Origin: Malacoraja senta
Lineage: Eukaryota
DNA: 64,000 nt
Direction: 5' to 3'
Assembly (NCBI GenBank): GCA_038087875.1
Contig: CM075998.1
Location: forward strand, 4,032,001-4,096,000
A model generated the notes under the pieces. That model ran no database searches, had not been told where the DNA came from, and saw nothing but the letters and a program-made list of their open reading frames with translations. The translations under genes were made by a program, and so were the position numbers. Shown one piece after another: positions 12,946-24,180 of this stretch (position 1 is its first letter; each line of letters opens with the position of its first letter).

Positions 12946-14589
12946 AAAGTTCAGATTTAGTTTTCCAAAGTGCTGGTATATGGAATAGAAGCAGTGTGAA
13001 GCAGGATATTTTGAGTCATAATGAGATAATGTTTCATAAATAGTTCAAAATGATGAAATTTACTAAAACAAAATAGAATAAGAAATGATGAGAGATATGT
13101 GAACAGATATCTACATAATTAATTACACATTTTTTTAAGGCCTCTGTCATTTTAGCTCTTGCCTATATATGGGGGTTGTTTTTTTCGCAGCAAGACACTC
13201 AAGCTTTAATTGAGATCGTGGAATCAGTGTAATAGGTTGGCAAACTAGACTTGCTAATAATAGCACTCTGCACTATAACTGAGCAGGGTTGGGAATTGAA
13301 AATAATTTGTATGTTAGTAGATTTGCCAGGAATTATGTGTTGCTGCTTGAGCCATTCCAAATCGCCTCCATCGCACACCATTATATTTATGGATAAACTA
13401 AGATTATTAGTGGGCTTTTTCTTTTTGGCAAGGTTTTTGTGCTCTCGTTAAATGCTTGGACCCTCCCTTGCACTGTTCTCTTGAGAGCGCTGTCAGATCA
13501 CTTCCTTTTGGGCTCCTGTTTAGTATTGTTTTTAGTTGTTAGATGCTCAAGTATCCCAAGGTGACTCACTGTCACCATGGCACTCTTTATTACCCCTACC
13601 TTTCCCTGTGAATAAACGCACAACCTCCATTTTAATCCCCTATTGCATCATTTCTGTAATTTCTTTCTTTTTTTTTCAATCGCCAGTATCCTAAAATGGC
13701 AATATTTTTAAAATGTGTGTGTTTTTTTAAATGCAAAGGCCATTAGTATCATGTAAAGAAATCTTTGAGAACAAGAATTCTGTTGACAGCTGTGTGTAGG
13801 TGGTTGCAGCTCACTCCTATGAATCATCGTTGCTGAATCTCATTTTAAGACATTGTGTAGCACTTGCTTCTTCTTGTAGCTAATATATGGTGCTTGCTAA
13901 AACAAAACATGAGAATGAATACTGCTTTCACTCCTGGAACAGAATTGTGAGGCTGCATGATGTACTTGAAGTCCAGTGGTAGTTGCTGAATCCTGCTATC
14001 CAATTATCTGAGAAGATGGGTCATAATTGAGGCCACAGATCCACAGCGATTGAATGGAAATCTTTTATTTGTTATATTGGGTTGGAGAATTTTTTTTGCT
14101 CTTATACCTTATGGAACCCCACTGGCACTAGACATTTTAATTGCAAAAGCACAAGACCTGTTTTTAAATCCAATTCCTTGGATCCCTTGAGCTTTTCCTT
14201 TTCTGACCAGTCTGTTGTGCAGGACTTTGTCAAAAAGCCTTGCTAAAGTCCATGCAGACCATATAATGCACTTTATCACCAATCTTCACCTCATCAACAA
14301 ATTAAATCATTAGTCAGACATGACCTTTCCTTAATAAATCCATCCTTGATTGATCTTTACCTTTCTAGGTTCATGTTGTCCCTCAGAATTGATTTTTAAT
14401 ATTTTCCCACCACTAAATTTAAACCAACTCACCTGGAATGAGTCTTCTTTCCACCGTTTAAAAAAAAACAATAGTACAATGTCAGCAGTTCTCTGGCATC
14501 ACTCCTGAAGTGAAGAAAGATTGAAAATGAGAGCATGAGCTGCCTCCATTTCTTCCTTGCTACTTTTAACAGTCCATGATATATTTCAT

Positions 14590-14795
14590 GTGTCGGAAGG
14601 CAGATGCTCGTTTAAACCGAAGATAGACTCAAAATGCTGGAGTAACTTAGCAGGTCGGGTAGCATCTCTGGAGCGAAGGAATGGATGACGTTTCGGGTCA
14701 GGTCTGAAGAAGGGTCTCGACCTGAAACGTCACCCATTCCTTCTCTCCAGAAATGCTGCCTGTTCCGCTGAGTTACTCCAGCATTTTGTGTCTAT
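14590..14795. mobile_element. Fold-back PLE repeat insertion (subfamily A)
   Basis: Two inverted arms; 15-bp TSD catgatatatttcat (14575-14589 and 14796-14810). Confidence 0.85.
14701..14734 (+). ncRNA. Minimal type I hammerhead ribozyme motif (PLE-associated)
   Basis: GGU-CUGAAGA-AGGGUCUCGACCU-GAAAC-GUC-ACC: core boxes, stem II, GUC triplet and stem I GGU/ACC. Confidence 0.6.
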
Positions 14796-15139
14796 CATGA
14801 TATATTTCATCTGGACCTGGTAATTTGTCTATTTTAAAGATGCTAAAATGTTTCCCCTTTTACAATATTGATCCCATCAAAAATTTGACACCTTTCCTTC
14901 TGAACTGCAGTCTAGCATCGCCTCCCCCTTTTGTGTTCATTAAGAATTTCGTGCACAGGTCACCTAATTGGCCATGCTCTTCCTTCCCTCTAATGCACAA
15001 TTTAAAGTATTTTATTTAATTTTTCTCCTCCGTTTTTTTCTCGTCTGGCCTTTGCTATCCTAGTTTCCCTTTTTGTTTCCACCACCACCAGCTTTGTACT
15101 TTTCTGCACATTCTATGGCATCTGGCGTCAGCTTCCCGT

Positions 15140-15430
15140 TTAGACAATAGACATTAGGTGCAGGAGTAGGCCATTTGACCCTTCGAGCCAGCACCGCCAT
15201 TCAATGTGATCATGGCTGATCATCCCCAATCAGTACCCCGTTCCTGCCTTCTCCCCATATCCCCTGATTCCGCTATTTTTAAGAGCCCGATCTAGCTCTC
15301 TCTTGAAAGCATCCGGAAAACCTGCCTCCACCGCCCTCTGAGACAGAGAATTCCACAGACTCACCACTCTCTGTGAGAAAATGTGTTTCCTCGACTCCGT
15401 TCCAAATGGCTTACTCCTTATTCTTAAATG
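15140..15430 (-). mobile_element. CR1 LINE 3' end
   Basis: Reverse complement of the CR1 C-terminal region (RVVSLWNSL) and 3'UTR with (tagacaa)n tail. Confidence 0.85.
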
Positions 15431-16214
15431 TCTAAAGTTTAATGTATTTTTTTATTATGCCCTGTGTTGTCCTAGCGCATTGAGATTCGGCAGTTTCTCT
15501 CCCCTCCGCCCCCACCACCAACATATTCTTACCTTCAATCCCTTGAATCCCAGTACTCTGAGACTGATTTACCTTTGTCACTGTTTCCAGTCTGCTTTCG
15601 CTAAATACCTTCAGCCTGGTAAAATTGGCCTTCCACCAAGTTAGAATCTTGACACCTAATTTATTTTCGTCCTTCCACCTACCTCGCATCATTCCCTAAA
15701 CTTAATACAGAATTGCTACCACTTTCCTGTGCCAACCTCCACTGTTACATTTTGTTGGGTTTGTTGCCTTACTCTGAAGGCAATATAGGAAATTTGTGTC
15801 CACAATATTATTGTTTTACATATCAGAAATTTGCCTCAGATTTGTTCTATCTCCCTTCGATTTTTGAAGTTTAAAGTGCACTCCCAGAAAAGCAACTGCC
15901 CTTTTTGTGATTTTATTTAATTCAACCCACACTGCTTCATTTTTAAAAATATCTTTCTAATATCTCATCTCTTCACAGCTGTGATTGTTTCTGTAAGCAA
16001 TATTGCTAAACCTATCACTTAACCCTGAAGCCATTAACATTAAACTGCCATTCAAGTCGTGTTTCAGGAACAGCTAAAACATTGTACTTCCATTTGTCCA
16101 TTCTGTGCTTTAAACTTGGTTGCCTTATTCACTATACATGTATTTAGTTCTATATATCATTAAGCACAGCAAAACTCTTGATTTGTCTCGTTTCCAATCT
16201 TGTTTTGTCTCTCA

Positions 16215-17480
16215 GGATAGTCAGCATGGGAGATCGTGCCTCATGAATCTGATTTTTTTTTTTATGATGTGACCAAAGAGGTTGATGAGGGCAGAGCTGT
16301 GGATGTTGTGTATGGGTTTCAGCAAGGCATTCAACAACAAAGTTCCACTGGTAGGCTGCTTTGGAAGGTTAAAGCGCATGGGATCCAAGCAGAGATAGCT
16401 GGTTGCATAGAAAGTTGGCTTTATTGAAGGAAGCAGAACGTGATGGTGGAAGGTTGCTTTTCGTACTTGAGGCTTGTGACTAGTGGAGTGCCTCAGGGTT
16501 CGGTGCTGGGTGCATTGCTGTTTGTCACCTACATCAATGATTTGGATAAGAGCGTACATGGCATGATTAGCAAGTTTGCAAATGAGACAAAAGTGGGTGG
16601 TATTGTAGATAGTAAAGATGGTTGTCAAATACAGCAGGATCTTGATCAGTTGGCAGGTGGGCTGAGGAATGGTTAATGGAATTTAATACAGAGAAATTGA
16701 GTTGTTGGATTTTGCGACGTCCAAAATGGGCAATACCTACACAATGAATGGTAGGGCTGTGGGGGATGTTATAGAGCAGAGGGATCTTGGAGTGCAGATA
16801 CATAGTTCCTTGAAAGTGGCATTACAGATAGATAGGATGGTCAAAAAGGCATTTGGCACATAGGCCTTTATCAGTCAGAGTATTGAGTAAAGAAGTTGGG
16901 AGATCATGTGGCAGTTGTATAAGATGTTGGTGAGGCCACATTGTGTTCATTTTTGGGCACCATGTTATAGGAAAGATGTTGTCAAGCTGGAAAGGGTGCA
17001 GAGAAGATTTGCCAGGATGTTGCCAGGACTCGAGGGTGTAAACAATAGGTAGTGGTTGAGCAGCCTGGAATCTATTCCTTGGAGTGCAGGAGTATGAGGG
17101 GTGATCTTATGGAAGTGTGCAAAATCGTGAGAGGAATAGACCAGGTAAACACACAGAATCTCTTGCCCAGAGTTGAGGAATCTAGAAGCAAGGACTTTTG
17201 TTTAAGGTGAGGGGGGGGGGGGGGGGGGGGTAATACTGAGGAGTAGCTTTTTTTTTGCACAAAGGGTGGTGGGTGTATGGAACGAGCTGCCAGAGGAGGT
17301 GGTTGAGGCAGGTACTATCACAATGTTTAAGAAACAATTGGACAGGTACATGGATAGGATAGCTTCAGAAGGATATGGGCCAGATGCAGGCTGGTGCAAC
17401 CAGTGTAGTTAGGACATGTTGGTCGGTGTGGGCAAGTTGGGCCAATGGGTCTGTTTCCACGCTGTATCACTCTGACTCTT
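16215..17480 (+). mobile_element. CR1 LINE RT pseudogene to 3'UTR
   Basis: Fragments VTKEVDEGRAVDVVY, VTSGVPQGSVLGALLF..YINDLD..ISKFANETKVGG; many frameshifts. Confidence 0.9.
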
Positions 17481-17999
17481 CCAATTCCAGCTCTTCATCC
17501 CTACCATTTAAATCCTTCCTGCAGCCAGACGAGTTTCACCCTTCGTAACAGCACTCATAAACCTGCCTGTTCAGGTCCCACATAAGTAGTGGTCATTAAG
17601 AGTCTTTGATAAGTATTGGAATGGTCATAATTTCTCCTTGATTCACCTCTTCCATTCATGGGTCTGAGATAGAAGTTCAACATCGTGGTCCAGGGATACC
17701 TTTCATTTCTTTACAGTGTAAAAATCTTTTTTTTTTGTACCCTAAAATATACTTGACATCTGACCATAACATTTCAAAGATTCTCAACCCTCGCAGTAGA
17801 GAAATTCCTCTTGATTACGGTTCCTCTGAGTCCAACCCTGACTTAGAATCCTGTCTGTGTGGAATTTGCACATTCTCTCCATGAACCATTGACTTTTCCC
17901 CAGGGTCTCTGGATTTCTCTCACATCCCAAAGATGCAAGTTGTTTCAATGTTTCCGAATGGGAAATCTACTTCCGAGGAGACAATTTTATGAATGGACA

Positions 18000-18381
18000 C
18001 AGAGTGCTAGAGTTAACTCAGCAGGTCAGGCAGCATCTGTGGAGAACATGGATAGGTGACGTTTCACAGAGTGCTGGAGTAACTCAGCGGGTCAGGCAGC
18101 ATCTCTGGAGAACATGGATAGGTGACGTTTCACAGGGTGCTGGAGTAACTCAGCGGGTCAGGCAGCATCTCTGGAGAACATGGATAGGTGACGTTTCACA
18201 GAGTGCAGGAGTAACTCAGCGGGTCAGGCAGCATCTGTGGACAACATGGATAGGTGACGTTTCACAGAGTGCTGGAGTAACTCAACGGGTCAGGCAGCAT
18301 CTGTGGAGAACATGGATAGGTGACGTTTCACAGAGTGCTGGAGTAACTCAACGGGTCAGGCAGCATCTCTGCAGAACATGG
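18000..18381. repeat. 66-bp tandem array (~5.8 units) derived from PLE repeat
   Basis: Unit cagagtgctggagtaactcagcgggtcaggcagcatctgtggagaacatggataggtgacgtttca; seen as a 22-aa period in ORF 17989-18396. Confidence 0.92.
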
Positions 18382-18939
18382 CTGGGGAATGTTTAGGGTT
18401 GAGAATGTTGTACGAATGGTATAAACGTTTGGTAGCCTCTATCTGCCTCGCTCCTCCCTTTCAACCAACAAACACGGGATTTCTGGGGGAACGTTAGCAC
18501 TAGAAAATTGTAAATAACATTGTGAGAGTGACCTACCAAATTAATTCTGACAAAAACCCTGGCATCTTAATCTTGGGAAGAAGCCTATCCTCGTTCTGTC
18601 CAAAGTTCACACTGCTTAATGTAATTTTAATGGTTGTATCTGCAACTTTGAACCAACCTGGGAGCTGTTGCTGTCATTTTAGATCGCGGACAACTACACT
18701 ACTGATTGAGGCTTTCCCAATTTGGCCACGGTTTATTGGATTCAGGTAAAATACTTTCAAGGCCCTGTTGCTTCTGTAACATTCTTTCAAGCGCGTTATA
18801 TTGTTTTCAGGGGAAGCACGTGGAATCGTGAGTTATTCCTAGTCTAACTTGTTAGCCATTGAGACATACTGATCTTGCTCTGTCGATTACCAATGTGTGC
18901 AAAGTGTGAACAAATTGATGTGTTTGATCATAAACAAAT

Positions 18940-19745
18940 CAAGTCAAGTAAGTTTATTGTCATGTGTCCCTGGTAGGACAATGAAATTCTTGCTTTGCTT
19001 GAGCACAACAGAACATAGTAGGCATTTACTACAAGGCATTCTATAAATATATACACAATGGTCAATATACTGATAAAGTGCAAATAACAGTATTGGCTAG
19101 TAAAGTTCAGTGTTATGTCCGAGCCAGGTTTAATAGCCTGATGGCTGTGGGGAAGTAGCTGTTCCTGAACCTGGTCGTTGCAGTCTTCAGGCTCCTGTAC
19201 CTTCTACCTGAAGGTAGTAGGGAGATGAGTGTGTGGCTGGGATGGTGTGGGTCCTTGATGATGCTGCCAGCCTTTTTGAGGCAGCGACTGTGGTAGATCC
19301 CCTCGATGGAAGGGAGGTCAGAGCCGATGATGGACTGGGCAGTGTTCACTACTTTTTGTAGTCTTTTCCTCTCTTGGGCACTCAAGTTGCCGAACCAAGC
19401 CACGATGCAACCGGTCAGCATGCTCTCTACTGTGCACCTGTAGAAGTTAGAGAGAGTCCTCCTTGACAAACCGACTCTCTGTAATCTTCTCAGGAAGTAG
19501 AGGCGCTGATGTGCTTTCTTAATAATGGCATCATTGTTCTCGGACCAGGAAAGATCTTCAGAGATGTGCACGCCCAGGAATTTGAAGCTCTTGACCCTTT
19601 CAACCATAAACGGGATATAAACGGGACTGTGGGTCCCCATCCTACTCCTCCCAAAGTCCACAATCAGTTCCTTGGTTTTGCTGGTGTTGAGGGCCAGGTT
19701 GTTGTGCTGGCACCATATGGACAGTTGCTCGATCTCTCTTCTGCT
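18940..19745 (-). mobile_element. Rex1/Babar-like LINE 3' portion
   Basis: ORF 19113-19661 VERVKSFKFLGVHISEDLSW...RFRNSYFPTAIRLLN; (caagt)n tail. Confidence 0.9.
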
Positions 19746-19754
19746 CTATAGTAA

Positions 19755-20131
19755 ATAGACACAATGCTGGAGTAACTCAGCGGGACAGGCAACGTGTTGT
19801 TTAAGAAGGAACTGCAGATGCTGGAAAATCGAAGGTAGACAAAAGTGCTGGAGAAACTCAGCGGGTGCAGCAGCATCTATGGAGCGAAGGAAATAGCCTA
19901 TTTCCTTCGCTCCATAGATGCTGCTGCACCCGCTGAGTTTCTCCAGCACTTTTGTCTACCTGGGACAGACAACATCTCTGGAGAGAAGGAATGGGTGACG
20001 TTTCGGGCCGAGACCCTTCTTCACATCCGGAACGTCACCCGTTCCTTCTCTCCTGAGATGCTGCCTGTCCCGCTGAGTTACTCCAGAATTTTGTGTCGAT
20101 CTTCGGTGTAAACCAGCATCTGCAGTTCCTT
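19755..20131. mobile_element. Nested fold-back PLE repeats (subfamily B inside subfamily A)
   Basis: A-type arm broken at gggacaggcaac (19782) and resumed at gggacagacaac (19962) around an inverted B-type pair. Confidence 0.8.
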
Positions 20132-21206
20132 TCGTGGGCATTTGCTCGATTGTAACTCGTTTAACAGAGTTTGAAGCTACTTAACTTCTGATAAAAGTAC
20201 TGAGATTTGAGTGTTGTCACTATGTTGGAGTGTTTTAGTGTAAATAGTGCAAACTGCAAATGGTGCCATAGACCAAATAGCATAACTAAGTGTTATGTTG
20301 ATCTTGACTAAATCGGTTCATTAGAGTTGAGCCTTACATCAGTTCACAACTTGAATAATTCATGTTAAGTATTTAGTTGCTTGGCTTCATCGTTGCTCAT
20401 TGAGGTCTACTTTGAGTTCTGACAGAACGAGTTCATTGCAAACTACAGCCAGCCATTGAATGAATGTAGTTTAAAATTGGTGCTGCCCATGCTCAGAGCT
20501 TTCTCCAAGGAAAAGAGAGATGCCTCTTCTTTATGCTCATGGCTCTATTAATAATTGACAATATTGAACTGCCCAACCTTGAAGGACCATGATTTTTTTT
20601 CCTTAATTTTTTTTAATACTTTTCCTGATGCTCAAAGCAGGTGCAGAAAATTTAATTTAAAAAGGACTTGCCAAGGAGTGTATAGCATGGCTTTTTTTCA
20701 TATTCATTTCCACTGAGATATCACCACAGGTTGACCTTTTGCTGGTCACATTTCTGAGAGTTTGAAATTCAATTATTTTTGTAAATGGTGGAGCCTCTCC
20801 TTAGTTTAATAGAGGTGGTGCAAGAGAAATCCGGTACTGTTTTGATGGCAATCTTGCCAACAGAAAGTTAGCAATCTTAGTCTTGTTAATGTGGGAGAGG
20901 AGAGGGCAGTTGGTTTCTCCCTCGCCATGGAGAGAGACACCACTGTGAGTGCATCTATTCGCTTCATCTACATCTTGTGGTAGCAAGTCCCGATTCTTGT
21001 TGCTCTGTTATCAATGATTAGCAATGTGCTCAATTGGAAATGCTACAACAGAGTAGGCGCTACCTGTACGAACGAGCAACTGAGAAACGGCGTCAACATT
21101 TTGCCATGAGTTTGCTAAATCCCCAAATCTGACGTTTCAATGGATCTTTGTGTTATGTTTGCTGACTTTTTTGCATTTTTGTAAAAAAAAAGATAGTTGA
21201 GAATTG

Positions 21207-21338
21207 TGTTAAAGAAGGAACTGCAGATGCTGGAAAATCGAAGGTACACAAAAATGCTGGAGAAACTCAGCGGGTGCAGCAGCATCTATGGAGCGAAGGA
21301 AATAGGCAACGCTTCGGGCCGAAACCCTTCTGCAGACT
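21207..21338 (-). mobile_element. PLE repeat, subfamily B
   Basis: Direct repeat gatagttgagaattgtgtt at 21192-21210 and 21339-21357; hammerhead core mutated (CUGCAGA, GAAG). Confidence 0.85.
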
Positions 21339-23974
21339 GATAGTTGAGAATTGTGTTTGATTTTCTTCCCTACCTATTTTGAGGATGGGCGGGATGTCAC
21401 ACATGAGCATGCTCGAGTGCAGACTGATTCATGGATGTGACATGGAAGGAATTCCCCGAGCTAGTTTTCCCTTTTTTTTTAATGCTCCAAACTGCCCCAG
21501 ACTGGTGTGACTTACTCTCAAGAAAATGCTATTTTCATCGCTTTTGAGTTTTGCAACGGATTGTTATTAGAAAGAAATCTTAACGGGAAGCCGTTTGCTT
21601 TCCACAAATGGAGAAGTCTGTGCACAGCAGCTGCGGTGTCAATTTGAATGAAACATTTTTTTTTCTTCCCTTTTTGCAAGTGCACAGAGAAAGCTCTGCA
21701 TTGATTTTGTTTTCAGCAAATCATCTTGTCTGGGCTAAAATAAGCACAGGGGAGGAATAGCAGTGTGCTCTGACGCTCCTACAAAAAAGGACGTAGTGGA
21801 GCTGTATCTGTGAAGTGTTCAAATTTGGCTCGGCTCCCAATGACCTCTCATTCAGCAGCTGGAGGAAGTCTGATGCTGAGCTCCTTGTAAGAACAATTGG
21901 CTTGTCGCAGCAATGGGGGCTTTCTCGGAGACGAGGATTTAGTCATTTGGTGAATTGGATGCATGGTATGTTATAATGCAATTGATTCTAGCAAGCAAGT
22001 CTCCCTGTGTAAACAGAATGCCCTCCCCGATATAAAACAACAAATGCTGCTGTGGTAAGTTGATTTTACATTGTTTGGAAGCTGTTCTAGTTTTTTTTGG
22101 TAAGTGCTGCTGGCACATTGGCATGTACTTGAAATTTCAGATGCTTTTTTAAAGTCTGCATTAAACATAGTTGGTATTTTGATTTTGTCTTTTTGAAGAC
22201 TGGAATGAGTCTTCTAAAACGACTGGACTAACTCTTTTTAAAATTCTGTCACTCAGTAGAGATTTTGATTTTCATAATGAATGTTGGCTGGTTGAATACG
22301 GACAAAATGAGATGGATTGCAATGCTGTGGTGAGCGGATGCTGAGGTTTTGCCCCTTGCTGTATTGCTTAAAGTCGTGATCTTTCAGGATTGTCTTTCCC
22401 CATCACTTCTCTCTTCTTTCTTTCCCCATTTACTTCTCCACAGGTTTTTAGACACGGGCTCTGTCTGGGCCATTGATCTGTTAGTCACGCAGGCAATCTG
22501 TTACTGAAAGTATTAGTTTTTATGAAATGGCCAATATGAGTAAATAAGTGATCAAGTTCAGTCAAAGAGGCCACATTTCCATCGTTCCTTCTGGATTAGA
22601 ATGTGTTTATGAAATTAGCAAAGAGAAAATGTGCTTGTTAAATGCCATTAAAGCCTTGTTAAAAGGCAGAAGGATTTTAGCGTAATTGCATCGAGGGGAA
22701 AATAACTAATTTAGAAAAGATTTATTTAATGGAAAGGAGAATGGAATGCAACGTCTTTTTTTTAGTTCTCGAAGTGCTTTAAAGAAATGATGAGCAATAA
22801 ATAAATATAAAATACAGTACATAGCATGAAATGTATTGACTATCTTTCGATATACATCTATTTTCGGGTCAAGTGAGCCAACTGTTCTGTGTCTCGCATC
22901 TACATTGATATGTGATCAGCATCAGTCAGATTATGATGGAGACCCGATAAAAGAGCAAGAAATGTAATTGCAAAGGAAGGTATAACTTGTTATCGGATCA
23001 ATCCTCATTCAAAGTAATTAGAATTTCCTACTTCTGTTTATAGGAAGGTGAACTGTTCTTTGCTGTAGGCTGACCACTATCTTTCCAAAGAGGTGGTCCT
23101 CCTTTGAGAGAGTCAACTGTGCATTTTCATTAATACCTTTTGTTGTATCTGGAGTCACTTATTTTTACCATTTAAAACTTAATTTGGTACACTGAATTTT
23201 AAAGATCAGTTAACTAGAATATTTTTTTTAAACGTGGCAAATATGTGTTGGCTGTGGTTATTTGTAAGAAACTCTGCTTTGCATGTTAGGACCTGGATAT
23301 TGCACATTATTTTGGTTGCACTGTGAAATTTATCTATCGCATAACTAGAAATATCCTTGAATGCATGTCCCTTTTTTTAACTCTCAAAAAATTGGGAGAA
23401 CACCAAATACTCAGTGTGACTGCAGGTGTTATACGCCAAGGCTGTATTTGAAAGTTTTGTTTGTGTTTCTTCATCATAAATGTCTGCCACTTGGTAGGAG
23501 AGGTGGCCGTAATATACTGAGATGCAGTATAAGTCGAATTCTCAGATGCTTAAGTCGTCCAAATGGTGGTTCAGTCTGGTCAACTTTCATGTCATTGTGC
23601 ATCTATTGGCATCCTAGTTTTTTTGCATTGTATTGTGAGTCTGAATGGAGTTAATCACAGTGCTAAATGCTACCATTAAGATTTGGAGTTACTAAGCAAT
23701 TGCAGCATGTAGCTCTGCTTTTTATGATGTGCAGTGTCTTTTCCTTTCAACCCCCCCCCCCCCCCTCCCAATTGCTCCTGTATCTTGGTGACTCCTTGTT
23801 GATAGGATGTCATTTCTATTTGTTCTTGTTGGAAACACTGAGTCTTCGGGGCAATTGAGATCTTATGCATACTTGTTGAATTATTATGTACGGCATTCCA
23901 CACTAGATTATAAAATCTATCTTGATCATACTTTGATTAGCAAATTGGGGGGGGGGGGGGGGGGGGTTAAATGA

Positions 23975-24180
23975 CCTGCATTTATATAGTACCTTTCAGA
24001 GGATCCCAAGTGTTTTACAGTTAATGTTTCAAAGTGTCTCTGTTGGCAGTGCACAAAATACAGCAGCTAATTTGTGTACAATAAATATAATCTAGCAAAC
24101 AACAGTGTGATTTTGATCAGATCATCTGTTTTAGTGATGTTAAATGATGGATAAATATTGGTCAGGATGCCATGGAATGC
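23975..24180 (-). mobile_element. Ancient DeuSINE (SacSINE1-like) 3' part
   Basis: tgcatttatatag...cagatcatctgttttagtgatgtt...gataaatattggtcagga resembles the reverse complement of the recalled Deu-domain and tail; related copy at 48645-49005. Confidence 0.6.

Noticed and set aside
18000..18381. Self-cleaving hammerhead in each tandem unit
   Set aside because: Units lack CUGANGA and stem II; only the GAAAC-GUC half is present.
17989..18396. 135-aa repeat-protein ORF, or a CRISPR-like array
   Set aside because: Open only because the unit is 66 bp; there are no unique spacers and the unit derives from a PLE repeat in vertebrate DNA.
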